Shown here: piece after piece, positions 1-14,278 of the stretch
Numbering within the stretch: position 1 is the stretch's first letter
Layout of the letters: every line of letters starts with the position of its first letter
NCBI GenBank assembly: GCA_038087875.1
Contig: CM075992.1
Coordinates: 4,156,001 to 4,220,000, forward strand
DNA length: 64,000 nucleotides
Origin: Malacoraja senta
Taxonomy: Eukaryota
Direction of reading: 5' to 3'
Program-made: the position numbers and the translations under genes
The notes under the pieces: generated by a model
What the model was told of the DNA's origin: nothing
Databases searched by the model: none
Seen by the model: only the letters and a program-made list of their open reading frames with translations

Positions 1-599
1 TGTGGAGGCCAAGTCAGTGGATATTTTGAAGGCAGAGATAGATGATTAGTACGGGTGTCAGAAGTTATGGGGAGAAGGCAGGAGAATGGGGTTAGGAGGG
101 AGAGATAGATCAGCCATGTTTGAATGGTGGAGTAGACCTGATGGGCCGAATGGCCTAATTCTTCTCCTATCACATGAAGTGTGCCACTCGAATTGGTGAT
201 AACCTATCCAAAACATGGAGAAAGCTCAAGAAGCTGAACGATTACTCGCGATCACCCAACCTAGGAGGAGGAGGAAGACTGGACATTTTGGTGCCTTCCC
301 TCGCAGTGCAGAGTGTAGATTCTACTGTGGGCGGATGTTCGTGTTGAATTTCTTATAGTGTGTTGTGTCATTTTTTTCTATCTCTTTTTATTATTTGTAT
401 GGATAGTCTTCCCTGTAAAGCACTTTGGCTTTTGATTGAAATCGACTGAAAAGTGCTATATTAAAAAAAAAATTAAAAAAAATTAAAAGACCTTCCCTCC
501 ATCACGACGAGACAATGAGAAGCTCAGAATGAAGGAAGCGTACTACACATTGTGGCCTTGTTTAAAAAATAGTTCCCCCTGAACATAGAGTCATTGTCA

Positions 600-1130
600 T
601 AGAGTGATACAGCAAGGAACAGGCCCCTCGGCCCAACGTGCCCACACTAGCCAACAATGTGGCAGCTACACTAGTCCCACCTGCCTGCGTTTGGTCCATA
701 TCCCTCCAAACCTGCCCTATCCATGTACCTGTCTAACTGTTTCTTAAACATTGGGATAGTCCCAGCCTCAACTACCTCCTCCGGCAGCTCGTTCCATACA
801 CCCACCACCCTTTGTGTGAAAAAGTTACCCCTCAGATTCCTATTAAATCTTTTCCCCTTCACCTTAAACCTCTGTCCTCTGGTCCTCGATTCCCCTGCTC
901 TGGGCAAGAGACTCTGTGCATCTACCCGATCTATTCCTCTCATGATTTTGTACACCTCTATAAGATCACCCCTCACCCTCCTGCGCTCCAAGGAATAGAG
1001 ACCCAGCCTACTCAACCTCTCCCTATAGCTCACACCCTCTAGTCCTGGCAACATCATCGTAAATATTCTCTGTACCCTTTCCAGCTTGGCAACATCTTTC
1101 CGAGAATATGATGCCCAGAACTGAACACAA
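600..1130 (-). mobile_element. CR1-clade LINE 3' fragment (ORF2 C-terminus + 3' UTR)
   Basis: ORF 671-1057(-) reads ...SYRERLSRLGLYSLERRRVRGDLIEVYKIMRG...TRGQRFKV...FFTQRVVGVWNELP, the typical CR1 ORF2 C-terminal motif series. Confidence 0.9.
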
Positions 1131-1617
1131 CACAGCGATCAAAGCTGAACAAATTAAGTTGAATAACTATCAGAATAAAAAAAGATTAAATTAAAATGTG
1201 CAATATAGACTTAGAGAAGGGAGTCAATAAAAAAAAAGAAAGATATTTTATTGATCAGTATAAAGAAGTCAATATTTTGAGACCAGATGGAAATGCTCCC
1301 AGTTCAATTATTAGACATTCAATCACATCGGAATGAAATTCTAAACAACCGACATGAGGAAAGCTTATTACAACATAAAAAGCCTGCTATTGATGATAGT
1401 GTCGTGTTATATCAATGGACCTGGCAGAAGGAATGTGGTTGAGTGAATAATCACTAAGACCATGGTTGTCTGTCTCTGTAGCCTCACATCTAGAGTAATA
1501 CAGTGTGGAAACAGGCCCTTCAGCCCAACTTGCCCACGCCAACCAACATGTCCCATCTACGCTAGACCCACCTGCCTGCGTTTGGTCCATATCCCTCTAA
1601 AACCATGCTATCCATGT

Positions 1618-1739
1618 GTTAAAGAAGGAACTGCAGATGCTGGAAAATCGAAGGTACACAAAAATGCTGGAGAAACTCAGCGGGTGCAGCAGCATCTATG
1701 GAGCGAAGGAAATAGGTAACGTTTCGGGCCGAAACCCTT
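1618..1739 (-). mobile_element. Short Penelope-derived terminal-repeat insertion inside a CR1 fragment
   Basis: Flanked by 10-bp direct repeat CTATCCATGT (1608-1617, 1740-1749); same sequence family lies downstream of the GIY-YIG ORF at 35918-36120. Confidence 0.8.
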
Positions 1740-2267
1740 CTATCCATGTACCTGTTTCTTAAACGTTGCGATAGTCCCTGCCTCAACTACCTCCTCCAGC
1801 AGCTCGTTCCATACACCCAACACCCTGTGTGTGACAACGTCGCCCCTAAGATTCCTATTAAATCTTCTCCCCTTCACCTTAAACCTGTGTCCTCTGGTCC
1901 TCGATTCCCCTACTCTGGGCAAGAGACTCTGTGCATCACTGCCTCAGCTTCTTGGCTACGGAGCCAGAATTCTTGCCTTTCCTTGAACCATCTGTTAATA
2001 AGAACAAGTAATGAGAATAATTAGAAGCATAGATAATAGATGCAGGAGTAGGCCATTCGGCCCTTCGAGCCAGCACCGCCATTCAATATGATCAAGGCTG
2101 ATTGAATGGCGGAGTAGACTTGATGAGCGGAATGGCTACTTGTTTGTTTCACATGAACTTGTGAAACAAAAAGAAATTAGGAGTTTTGATAAAGACTTTG
2201 ATAAAGACTTATTATTCTCCCTATTCACTTAGTGGAGATGCAAGGAACTGCAGATGCTGGAGTCTTA

Positions 2268-3056
2268 AGTGCCTGTCCCACTTGGGAGATTTTTCAGCGG
2301 ACTGCCGGCGAGTTGCAAGTTCGTGGCACTCGCTGAAAAACCGGGAACTGGAACGGCGAGTGTCTGGAACACACACACACACACAAACACATCGCAAAGG
2401 CGGGGGCCAGGGAAAGCGGGGGAGCGCTGTCTGAAATTCACACGGTGCAAAGCCAAGGTGATACAGACACACACCGCGATGAACAGGAACGTTAAGACGG
2501 CTAGCACAGTGTACGGTAAGTCCTTTAAAAGAGGGGGGGAGGGGAGAAGGTGGAGGAGGGGGGGGGAAGAGAAGGAGTGGAGACACTTTTAAGAAGCCAG
2601 ACAACTTTTAATAAGACAGAGATACACAGCTGTGAAGTTCGGCGGGCATTTAACATTACCGGTTGGTTTTCCTGGCTTCTGAAAAATCGTGCTTACGTTT
2701 TATTTCCCCCCAATGAGCCAATGAAAATGCCCGGTCAGCAAAAGCGATTAACCAAAACTACTTACGACTACCTCGACTACCTATAACTTCATGGCGACCC
2801 CACTACAACTGCACCTACGACGACAGGATTATCAATTTTCTCCATGGCGACCAATTTTTGGTTGCAGAACCTTTTTCAACATGTTGAAAACTTTGCGGAG
2901 ACCATACTGAGGCCACGACTAGTTCCCAGAATGCGGGAACTCCTCGCGACCATGAAGGAGACTCACCAGAGACCACCAGCGAACATGTGGCGATCATGTG
3001 GTGAGCGCAGAGTCTCCTGCACTCGCCTAAAAAGTCGCCAAAGTGGGACAGGCCCT
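2268..3056. mobile_element. PIF/Harbinger-type MITE
   Basis: TIR AGTGCCTGTCCCACTT ... AAGTGGGACAGGCCCT, TTA on both flanks (2265-2267, 3057-3059); splits a Penelope-derived repeat. Confidence 0.85.
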
Positions 3057-3171
3057 TTAAGCAAAAGACAAGGTGCTGGACAAACTCAGCTTTTCTGAGC
3101 ACCGCACGGTGTCGGGACCAACTACATACGGTCCCGGCGGCATCTATGGAGGTAATGGTCTGACTGGTTTA

Positions 3172-3701
3172 AAGGCCTGTCCCACTGGCAGGCAGTTACT
3201 GGCGGTTACTGGCGGTGTAGCAGGAAGTTGGGACCGCGTGTGGACCGCCAGAGACCGCGCATGGCGCGCGGGGTCGGTCCCACGCAGACCGCCGGGACCG
3301 TATGTAGTTGGTCCCGACACCGTGCGGTGCTCGGAAAAGCTGACACTGTTCAAAAACCTCGGCCTACCGCCCAGCCGCCACCTCTTCGCCGCGAGCACCG
3401 CCTGTGCGCCGCGAGCCGTCTCCACGTCATCGCGTAGCGCGTTGCGTTGCGCGATGATGTCATCACCCGACGCCGCGCGACGTCCATTCCAGTCGGCCCG
3501 TGGGACAGGCTGTGCGGTGACCACCCGGCATACGCGCGGCAACAGCTTCCGGTAAGGTTGAACTTGCCGCCTGCTCGTGGGACGCACCCGAGCGGTGCTC
3601 CCGCGGCATACGCGCGGCGCTCCAGCGGTAGCCCCGCGTTCCCTGCTTCCGGGGACGCCGCGCTTCACCGCCAGTAACCGCCTGCCCGTGGGACAGGGCC
3701 A
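3172..3701. mobile_element. PIF/Harbinger-type MITE, CpG-rich
   Basis: ~35-bp imperfect TIR AAGGCCTGTCCCACTGGCAGGCAGTTACTGGCGG / CCGCCAGTAACCGCCTGCCCGTGGGACAGGGCCA, TTA on both flanks. Confidence 0.85.
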
Positions 3702-4674
3702 TTAGAATAAGGGCCCCAACCCAACACAATGCCTGTCCATTCCCTCTCCAGATGCTGCCTGACCTGTTGAGTCTCTTACAGCACTTTGTGGTTTGACCTA
3801 TTTATCTTATGTTACTATTATCATTAGATTTGATTGTCCCATCACACTCCTGTCCGCTATACTGCAATTTGCTCTCTGTAAGATAGACAATAGACAATAG
3901 ACAATAGGTGCAGGAGTAGGCCATTCGGCCCTTCGAGCCAGCACCGCCATTCAATGTGATCATGGCTGATCATCCCCAATCAGTACCCCGTTCCTGCCTT
4001 CTCCCCATATCCCCTGACTCCGCTATCTTTAAGAGCCCTATCTAGCTCTCTCTTGAAAGCATCCAGAGAACCGGCCTCCACCGCCCTCTGAGGCAGAGAA
4101 TTCCACAGACTCACAACTCTCTGGCAACGTTTCTGGTCAGGCTGATTGTTGTGGGGGTAGGGGGAGAAAGCTGGAAGAGAGGTGGGGAGTGAGACAAGGC
4201 CCGGCAAGTGATAGGTGAGTGCAGGTGAGGGGGGTGGGGGGGAAGGAGATAGGCATAAAGGTCAGCATGGAGGTAGGTAGGGTGAAGGACCAATTTTTGT
4301 GCTGTGTTCTAGGGTAATGTTGTTAACCCTTTAATCTAGCATGGGTAGGAGAAAGGTCAGGAAAGTAATATAGTTCATAAGTTCATGTCTTTCGAGCAGA
4401 AGTGCAGCCCATCAAGTCTACTCGACCATTCGATCATGGCTGATCTATCTCTCCCTCTCACCCCTATCCTTCTGCCTTCTCCCCGTAACCCCTGTCACCC
4501 ATACTAATCAAGAATTTGTCAATCTCTGCCTTAAAAACACCCAAATGACTTGGCCTCTACAGCCGTCTGTGGCAATGAATTCCTGAGATTCACCACCCTC
4601 TGGTAAATAAAGTCCTCCTCATCTCCGTTCTAAAGGTGCATCCTTTTATTCTGTGGCCAAGGCCTCTAGTCTTA

Positions 4675-4871
4675 AGGGCCTGTCCCACTTGGGCGTCATT
4701 TGCGCGTCACGCAGGCGGCACGTGAAGATTATGTGAATCCCCAAATCCTGGGGTGCCGCGCGTGACCGCATGTCACTGCCTCCGCCACCACGCGCCATCA
4801 CGTGTGCGTCACGATGCGTAAATGATGTCGCGTAACTGAGGCGCAAATGATGCCCAAGTGGGACTGGCCCT
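4675..4871. mobile_element. PIF/Harbinger-type MITE inserted in a CR1 fragment
   Basis: TIR AGGGCCTGTCCCACTTGGGCGTCATTTGCGC / GCGCAAATGATGCCCAAGTGGGACTGGCCCT, TTA on both flanks. Confidence 0.85.
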
Positions 4872-5541
4872 TTAGGCTCTCACACTAGTACTGTCCACAT
4901 CCACTCTATCCAGGCCTTTCACTATTCGGTAAGATCCATCTAAACTCCAGCGAGTACAGGCCCAGGGCCGTCAAAACGCCATCAGAGGAACGAAATGAGC
5001 TTTGCATTGTACAACACCACCCTCTGGTGGACAAAGAGTGGTAAATCAAATGGAAAGGACCTTGAAGAGCCCATAGCTCCCCCCGGATTTATCAACAACA
5101 GGCCCAATATATTATATATAGGCTTTAAGGAATGTCTTTAGAGGGTGGTGAATCTGTGGATTTCATTGCCACAGACGGCTGTGGAGGCCAAGTCAATGGA
5201 TATTTTTTGGACAGAGATAGATAGATTCTTGATTAGTACGGGTGTCAGAGGTTATGAGGAGAAGGCAGGAGAATGGGGTTGAGAGGGAGAGATAGATCAG
5301 CCATGATTGAATGGTGGAGTAGACCTGATAGGCCGAATGGCCTATTTCTGCTCCTATCTCTTATGAACTCACGAAGCAAAAAGAAATCAGGAATTTTTGA
5401 TAAAGACCTCTTTTAAAGAGAAATAATGAGTTATAAAAACATCTATCTGATTTGCCAATATTCTTCAGGGAAGGAAATCTGTTGTCCTCACATTAGATTT
5501 CGAAACCACTAATGTGAAGAATTCTTAATCGCCTTTTGAGC

Positions 5542-5825
5542 AGCACGGTGGCGCAGCGGTAGAGTTGCTGCCTTATAGCGCCAGAGACCCGGGTTCGATC
5601 CTGACTACGGAGTTTGTACGTTCTCCCTGTGACCGCGTGGGTTTTCTCCGGGTGCTCTGGTTTCCTCCCACACTACAAGGACGTACAGATTTGTAGGTTG
5701 ATTGACTTTGGTACAGATTGTTCCCAGTGTGTGTCGGATAGTGTTAATGTGCGGGGATCGCTGGTCGGCGCGGACTAGGTGGGCGGAAAGACCTGTTTCT
5801 GTGCTGTATCTCTAAATTAAACTGA
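5542..5825 (+). mobile_element. tRNA-derived V-type SINE (HE1-like); representative of ~20 full or partial copies in the window
   Basis: Pol III A box TGGCGCAGCGG, B box GGTTCGATCC, central GAGTTTGTACGTTCTCCC..GTGACC..GTGGGTTTTCTCCGGG domain, CR1-like 3' tail CCTGTTTC..GCTGTATCTCTAAA. Confidence 0.8.
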
Positions 5826-5918
5826 ACTCAACCCGAAACGTCACCCATTCCTTCTTGCCTGAGATGCTGCCTGTCCTGCTGAGTTACTCCAGCTTTTTGT
5901 GTCTAACTTGGGTTCCAA

Positions 5919-6248
5919 TAGCCCTGTCCCACAGTACGAGTTCATTCCAAGAGCTCTCTCGAGTTTAAAAAAAATCAAACTCGTGGTAAGCACGGAGAAT
6001 GAACGTAGCGGGTACGTCGGAGCTCGGGGACGTCTCTTAGCGGCTCGTAACGCTAACAGCAGGTACTCGGGAAGACTCACTAACGGCAGGTAAGCACGGG
6101 AAGACTCGTGAAGATTTTTCAACATGATGAAAAATGTCCACGAGAGCCCCGAGTACCGACGAGTGGCCATTACCGTAAATCTCCGAGTTCGAATCAGGGC
6201 AAACTCGGGAGAACTCTTGGAATGAACTCGTACAGTGGGACAGGGCTT
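5919..6248. mobile_element. PIF/Harbinger-type MITE (GTACGAG subfamily)
   Basis: TIR AGCCCTGTCCCACAGTACGAGTTCATTCCAAGAG / CTCTTGGAATGAACTCGTACAGTGGGACAGGGCT; alignable along its length with 23793-24116; TSD degenerate. Confidence 0.8.
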
Positions 6249-6604
6249 TACGCTTTCCTAATTGAGGGATGATCCGGGAATGCTGCCATCGCCATCCTGT
6301 GAAAAGAGAGTTAAAAGTAAAGGGCCTTTACTCAATCCTCTATGATAGTTTACAAGGAAGTCTTTATGCAGCAGCAATAAATGAACTCACGGAAACTCTT
6401 CACATTGTTCATAATGAGTGCAGTTTTGGCCCTTGTCTTATTTAGTGCAGGTTATGTTGGTGCTGGCACAATGTAATGCAGTGGGGTGAACACTGATTAT
6501 TGCCACGGGACATCAGAGCACTTTGTAAAAGCTTTCAACAGCGTTGCAAATCACCCGAAGGAACCTTTAATGGGTCTGTCTAATAAAAGGGGTCAAAGAA
6601 TACT

Positions 6605-8484
<1,880 letters not shown>

Positions 8485-8759
8485 AATCAAAGGGTGGCAC
8501 GGTGGTTCAGCGGTAGAGTTGCTGCCTTACATCGCTTGCAGCTCCGGAGACCCAGGTTCGATCCCGACTACGGGTGCTTGTCTGTACGTAGTTTGTACGT
8601 TCTCCCCGTGACTGCATATCCCTCTCTCTGGCTGTACCTTTCACTCCACTTCTCTTAACTGACTCCCTTTTTGTCTCCATTTCCTCTTTAGTCGTTGTCA
8701 CTTCTACTCTGCCATCTGTTGATCCAATCCCCCTCAACTGTATCCACCTATAACTTGTA

Positions 8760-9025
8760 TGAAGGAACTGCAGATGCTGGTTTAAACCGAAGACAGACAC
8801 AAAATGCTGGAGTAACTCAGCGGGACAGGCAGCATCTCTGGAGAGAAGGAATGGGTGACGTTTCGGGTCGAGACCCTCCTTCAGACTAGTCGAGGGAAAG
8901 GGAATCGAGAGATATAGACGATGATGTTGAGAGATAAATAACAATCAATGAAAAATATGCAAAATCCCTCCTTCTCTCTGATTCTTAGTCTGAAGAAGGG
9001 TCTCGACCTGAAACGTCACCCATCT
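8760..9025. mobile_element. Penelope-like element 3' region (minus strand) with adjacent inverted hammerhead-motif copy
   Basis: Terminal repeat 8760-8886 (-); 8890-8965 resembles the reverse complement of ~18190-18270; + strand motif CTGAAGAAGGGTCTCGACCTGAAACGTC at 8990-9017. Confidence 0.7.
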
Positions 9026-9029
9026 AACA

Positions 9030-9412
9030 GAAACAGATAAACTTCTTAAGGGATTGGACCAGCTAGATGCAGGAAAAATGTTCCCGATGTTGGGGGAGTC
9101 CAGAACCAGGGGACACAGTTTAAGAATAAAGGGAAGGCCATTTAGGACTGAGATGAAGAAAACCCTTTTTCACCCAGAGAGTTGTGAATCTGTGGAATTC
9201 TCTGCCACAGAAGGCAGTGGAGGCCGATTCACTGGATGTTTTCAAGAGAGAGTTAGATTTAGCTCTTAGGGCTAACGGAATCAAGGGATGTGGGGAGAAG
9301 GCAGGAACGGGGTACTGATTGTGGATGATCAGCCATGATCGTATTGAATGGCGGTCGGTGATGGCTTGAAGGGCCGAATGGCCTACTCCTGCACCTATTG
9401 TCTATGTTTCTA
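9030..9412 (+). mobile_element. CR1 LINE 3' fragment
   Basis: LDAGKMFPMLGESRTRGHSLRIKGRPFRTEM; 3' UTR GAAGGGCCGAATGGCCTACTCCTGCACCTATTGTCTATG. Confidence 0.88.
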
Positions 9413-9894
9413 TCAAACCACCCTCGCTCTCAAAGGACCTTCTCGAAAGCTCCTTCCTTCATCCGACGAGCTTTTTAAAGCCGGCTGGCGACTCCCAGCC
9501 ATCTATCGACCCGCAAGCAACTCTACAGGGAATGTGAACAACGTTTGCTTTGCAGAGCTGAGAGCTGGTGAGATCTGCCACCTACTTTCCTATCGGAGGT
9601 AGTGCAAGCATCCAGGTGAATAAAACTTGAACAGGTATCATCCCTGGAGAGAAGGAATGGGTGAAAAGTGACCCACTCCTTCTCTCCAGAGATGCTGCCT
9701 GTCCTGCTGAGTTACTCCAGCATTTTGTGTCCATCTTCGGTTTAAACCAGCATCTGCAGTTCCTTCCTACACATAAATAAAAGAAATTGTTTTCTCTGGG
9801 ACACTGGAGGTTGAGGGGGTGAGGTGACAGAAGAATATAAAACTATGAGAGGTTATAGATAGGGTAGACAGTCAGAACCTTTTCCCCAGGTTTT

Positions 9895-10565
9895 ATGTAG
9901 TTGTGTGCCTTGGTGCGCCTGGGGGCTCCAGTCGCGGAGCCGGCGGACTTACTCACCATCGCGGAACTGGCCAAGTTCGGAACGAGAGGAGCTGTGGTGG
10001 CGCGCTGCTGCGGCCCGACCCCGGAGATTCGGAGGCTCCAGCCGCCGGCCCGGTGGACGGTGACATCGGGAGCTCGCGGGTCCCTGGTGGGAGACCGCTT
10101 TTCGGGGCTCCCGCAACGGCGACTTCTCCCGCCCGAGTTGCGGGGTTGAGGATGACCTGGAGCGGGGCCTTGCATCGCCCGGCGCGGCTTTAAATGGCCG
10201 CGGGACTTGCTAGCGCCCGCCGGGGGCTCCAACATCAAGACCCGGAGCGTGGCCTTGCATCGCCCGGCGCGGCTTTAATGGCCGCGGGACTTGCTAGCGC
10301 CCGCCGGGGGCTCCAAAATCAAGACCCGGTGCGTGGCCTTGCATCGCCCGCCGGGGGCTTTGACTTTGACATCGGGAGGAGAATGGGGAGTGCAGGGGAG
10401 AGATAAGACTTTGCCTTCCATCACAGTGAGGAGGAGATTCACTGTGATGGATTGTATCATTGTATCATTGTATCATTGTTCCTTTTTATTTTAGTATGGC
10501 TGTATGGTAATTCAAATATCACTGTACCTGAATTGGTACATGTGACAATAAAAGACCTTTGAACC
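9895..10565 (+). mobile_element. GC/CpG-rich SINE-like element with internal 84/85-bp tandem duplication and a conserved hairpin
   Basis: Units 10166-10250 and 10251-10334 nearly identical; hairpin TCCATCACAGTGA..TCACTGTGATGGA near 10416-10452; tail CATGTGACAATAAA; related pieces at ~270-460, ~28770-29010, ~45045-45218(-). Confidence 0.55.
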
Positions 10566-12254
10566 ACTGAAATGTCAATAGGGCATAGCTTTGAGGTGTC
10601 AGAAGAGTTTAGTTTAATTTAGTTGAGTTTAGTTTATTGTCACGTGTACAGTGAAAAGCTTTAGTTGCGTGCTAACCAGCCTGCGGAAAGACAATACATG
10701 ATTACAATCGAGCCATTGACAGTGTATAGATATATGATGAGGGAATAACTTGAATAACATTTAGTGCAAGATAAAGCCAGTAAAGTTCGATTAAAGACAG
10801 CACGAGGGTCTCCAATGAGGTAGATGGCAGTTCAGCACTGCTCTCTGGTTGTGGGAGGATGGATCAGTTGCCTGATAACAGCTGGGAAGAAACTGTCCCC
10901 GACTCGACCCGAAACATCACCTATTCCTTCGCTCCATAGATGCTGCCTCACCCGCTGAGTTTCTCCGGCATTTTTGTCTGCCTCTGAATCTGGAGGAGTG
11001 TGTTTTCACACTTCTATACCTTTTGGCTGGTATTATCAGAATGTTTAAAAAAAGCAATTTGACAAGTGCATGGGTAGGGCAGGTTTGGACTGATATGGGT
11101 GCTGGGACTTGTGTAGATGGGGCCATGTGGGACGGTGTGGGCATGTTGGGACAAGGGCCTGTTTCCATGCTGTGTGACTCTGTTAGATGCTGTCTGGCCC
11201 ACTGAGTTTAGTTTAGCACAGAAACAGGCCCTTCGGCCCACCGAGTCCGTGCCAACCAGCGATCCCCACACACGAAAACTATCCTACACACACTAGGGAC
11301 AATTCACAATTTTACCAAACCTATTAACCTACAAACCTGTACGTCTTTGGAGTGTGGGAGGAAACCGGAGAAATCCCACACGGTCACGGGAGAACGTTAC
11401 AAACTCCGTACATCCGTAGTCAGGATGGAACCCGGGTCTCAGGCGCTGTAAGGCAGCAACTCTACCGCTGCTCCGCTGTGCAGCCACAAGTTCCTCCAGC
11501 ACTTTGCTCTTTCCTCAAGATTCCTGCATTTGCAGTTTCTTATGCTCCATTTTTGTATGCCTGGCCTATTTAGATGTCTAAATGCCTCTTAAACAGGAGT
11601 GAAGAGTGTTTGACTGTCACACTCACTGGGACTGCAACTATAACATCCTTATCTGTTGCTGCTTTATGGGGCATCTTAAATGCAACAACACAACAGATTA
11701 AGGTTCAATAAATGATCCAGATCTTCAGAGATGCTGCCTGACCCGCTGAGTTACTCCAGCACGTTGTGCCTTCCCAATAACATATTGGCCACAGATAGAC
11801 TGGAGTAACTCAGCGGGACAGGCAACATCTCTGGAGAGAAGGAATGGGTGACGTTTCGGGTCGAGACCCTTCTTCAGTGCAATGGAATTCTTGTTCACAC
11901 AAAGCCACAGATGGCTGTGGAGGACAAGTCATTGGGTAGTTTTAAGGCAGAGATTGACAGGTTCTTAATTAATAAGGGCACCAAAAGTTACAGGGAGAGG
12001 ATTGGAGAAAGGAGTTGAGAGGGAAAGATTGAATTGAATGGCAGAGTAGAATCGATGGGCCGAATGGCCTAATTGTGCTCCTGTAACATGTTCAGAAGTC
12101 ATAGAAGCAGAATTCAACCATTGGGGCCATTGAGCTGCAGAGATGTACAGCAGAGAAACACATTCGGCCCTTCGGCCCACTGAGTCCATGCTGTCCAAGT
12201 TGGCACATTGTGGTAATTCCATTTGCCTGCATTTGGCCCACGTTCCTCCTAAAC

Positions 12255-12490
12255 CAGGGGTTCCCAACCTTGTTCGTCCCGTTTACCCCTGGCAACTTTA
12301 AAAGCACATAACAATGTTATTCCACTTTATTTTGTGAACAACTAATGATGAACAAATACCGGTATACCAGAACCAAACACAGTCAGTCAATGAGAACAAA
12401 TATGTACAAATCCACAATCAACAAATTTACCCCCTGGGGAGGTGAAATTTACCCCCTGGTGGTAAATTTACCCCAGGTTGGGAACCCTTG
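12255..12490. mobile_element. hAT (Charlie-like) non-autonomous element
   Basis: TIR CAGGGGTTCCCAACCT / AGGTTGGGAACCCTTG; 8-bp flanks TCCTAAAC / GTCTAAAC (6/8 match, NTCTARAN-like); subterminal AAATTTACCCC repeats. Confidence 0.75.
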
Positions 12491-12808
12491 GTCTAAACCC
12501 TTCCCATCCAAATTTCGGTCCAAATGGCATTTGAAAGTTATAATTGTATCGCTTCTATAGAAAACATTTGCTTCGTTCCTATCCATGTATCAGTCCAATT
12601 GCATGACTGACAACATCTGTCTTTTCATGACTCTGCCATTATTTTGTTAGTTATTCATATTTCTGTTAATTACTTAAGGTACAAAAATAAATGCCATTGT
12701 TTGTTTAGTCTGGGTGGGGAGACAAGAGACTTGAAATGAGGAAGGGTCCCGACCCGAAACGTCACTATCTATGTTCTCCAGAGATGCCCTCCGGACCCTC
12801 TGAGTCAA

Positions 12809-13146
12809 GGGGCCTGTCCCACTGTACGAGGTAAATCAAGAGTTCTCCCGGGTTTTCCCCCGATTCGAACTCGGAGAATGTCCGTAGCGGGTCCGTAGGA
12901 GTTCGTGGACGTCTCGTAGCGTCTCGTAATGCTAACGGTGGGTACTCGGGAAACCCGGTAAACTCGTGACGTTTTTCAACCACTGTGAAAAATGTCCACG
13001 AGTAAAAAAATACTCGTGATGAAATTAAAAAAAACTTTTTACTCGTACGAGACGTCCACGGACTCCTACGGACCCGCTACGGACATTCTCCGAGTTCGAA
13101 TCAGGGGAGAACTGGTGAATTGCCCCCGTACAGTGGGACAGGGGCT
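12809..13146. mobile_element. PIF/Harbinger-type MITE (GTACGAG subfamily, largely palindromic)
   Basis: GGGGCCTGTCCCACTGTACG ... CGTACAGTGGGACAGGGGC; internal inverted arms; interrupts CTGAGT|..CTCCAGCAC of the Penelope repeat. Confidence 0.8.
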
Positions 13147-14239
13147 TTCCTCCAGCACTGTGTGTCCTTTTTTGAGACTCTGAAGGATATTATCGGAAAC
13201 CTCCTCTTCTTGCCACCAGATGGCAGTGCAAGCCCACGTTTGTCAACTTGCGGAAAGAAGGAACTGCAGATGCCGAGTTACCAAGGGAAAGACACAAAGT
13301 GCTGGAGTAACTCAGCGAGTCAGGCAGAATACCTGGAGAACGTGGAAAGCTGACGTTTCCGGCCAGGACCCTTCTTCAGACTTAAGAAGGAACCCAAATC
13401 GAAATGTTACTTTTTAATTAACTTTTATTTAGTTTAGAGATATAATGAAGAAACAGGCCATTCGGCCATTCGAGTCCATGCTGACCGTCGATCGCTGTGC
13501 ACTAGTTCTAAATGATCCTACTTTCCTATCCTGCATGCCAGGGCAATTTATCAAAGCTGATTAGCCCACAAACCTGTACGTCTGTGGAATGTGGGAGGAA
13601 ACCAGAGCACCTGGAGACAACCCACGCGGTCACAGGAAGAACGTACAAAACTCCTTACAGACAGCACCCATAGTCGGGATCGAACCCGGGTCTCTGGCGC
13701 TGGAAGGCAGCTACTCTACCGCTGCTCCTATGTGCAGCCCTGCCTATGTTTTGTCTACTACCTCCTCTGTGTAGGAAGGAACTGCAGATGCTGGTTTACA
13801 CCAAAGATTGACACAAAATGCTGGAGTAACTCAGCGGGTCAGGGAGCATCTCTGGAGAAAATGAATAGGTGCCATTTCGGTATGAACCATTTCATATCTC
13901 TTGTTTCCCTTTTCCCCCGAATCCAGTCTGAAGAAGGGTCTCGACCCGAAGCGTCACCCATTCCTTCTCTCCAGAGATGCTGCCCGTCCCGCTGAGTTAC
14001 TCCAGCATTTTGTGTCTATCTTCAATGTAAACCAGCATCTGCAGTTCCTTCCTGCACAATGCAGTAAGGTGTTATTCTGCCCATCATATGTGTGCTAGCC
14101 CATTCAAAGACGTCAACTTAGTCCTACATTTCATATTGAGACACAAGGAAGTGGAGATGCTGGTTTAAACCAAAGATGAACACAAAATGCTGGAGTAACT
14201 CAGCGGGACATGCAGCATCTCTGGAGAGAAGGAATGGGT

Positions 14240-14267
14240 GACGTTTCGGGTCGAGACCCTTCTTCAG
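14240..14267 (-). ncRNA. Minimal hammerhead ribozyme motif (Penelope-type)
   Basis: Reverse complement is CTGAAGAAGGGTCTCGACCCGAAACGTC: CUGANGA core, stem GGGTC/GACCC, GAAA, GUC triplet. Confidence 0.7.
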
Positions 14268-14278
14268 ACTGGCATTGA

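Noticed and set aside
3073..3729. GC-rich overlapping ORFs / CpG-island promoter
   Set aside because: Contained within a TIR-bounded MITE; no recognisable domain
5542..5610. tRNA genes suggested by A/B boxes (many sites)
   Set aside because: Each continues into the SINE body and CR1-like tail; no complete cloverleaf or Pol III terminator seen
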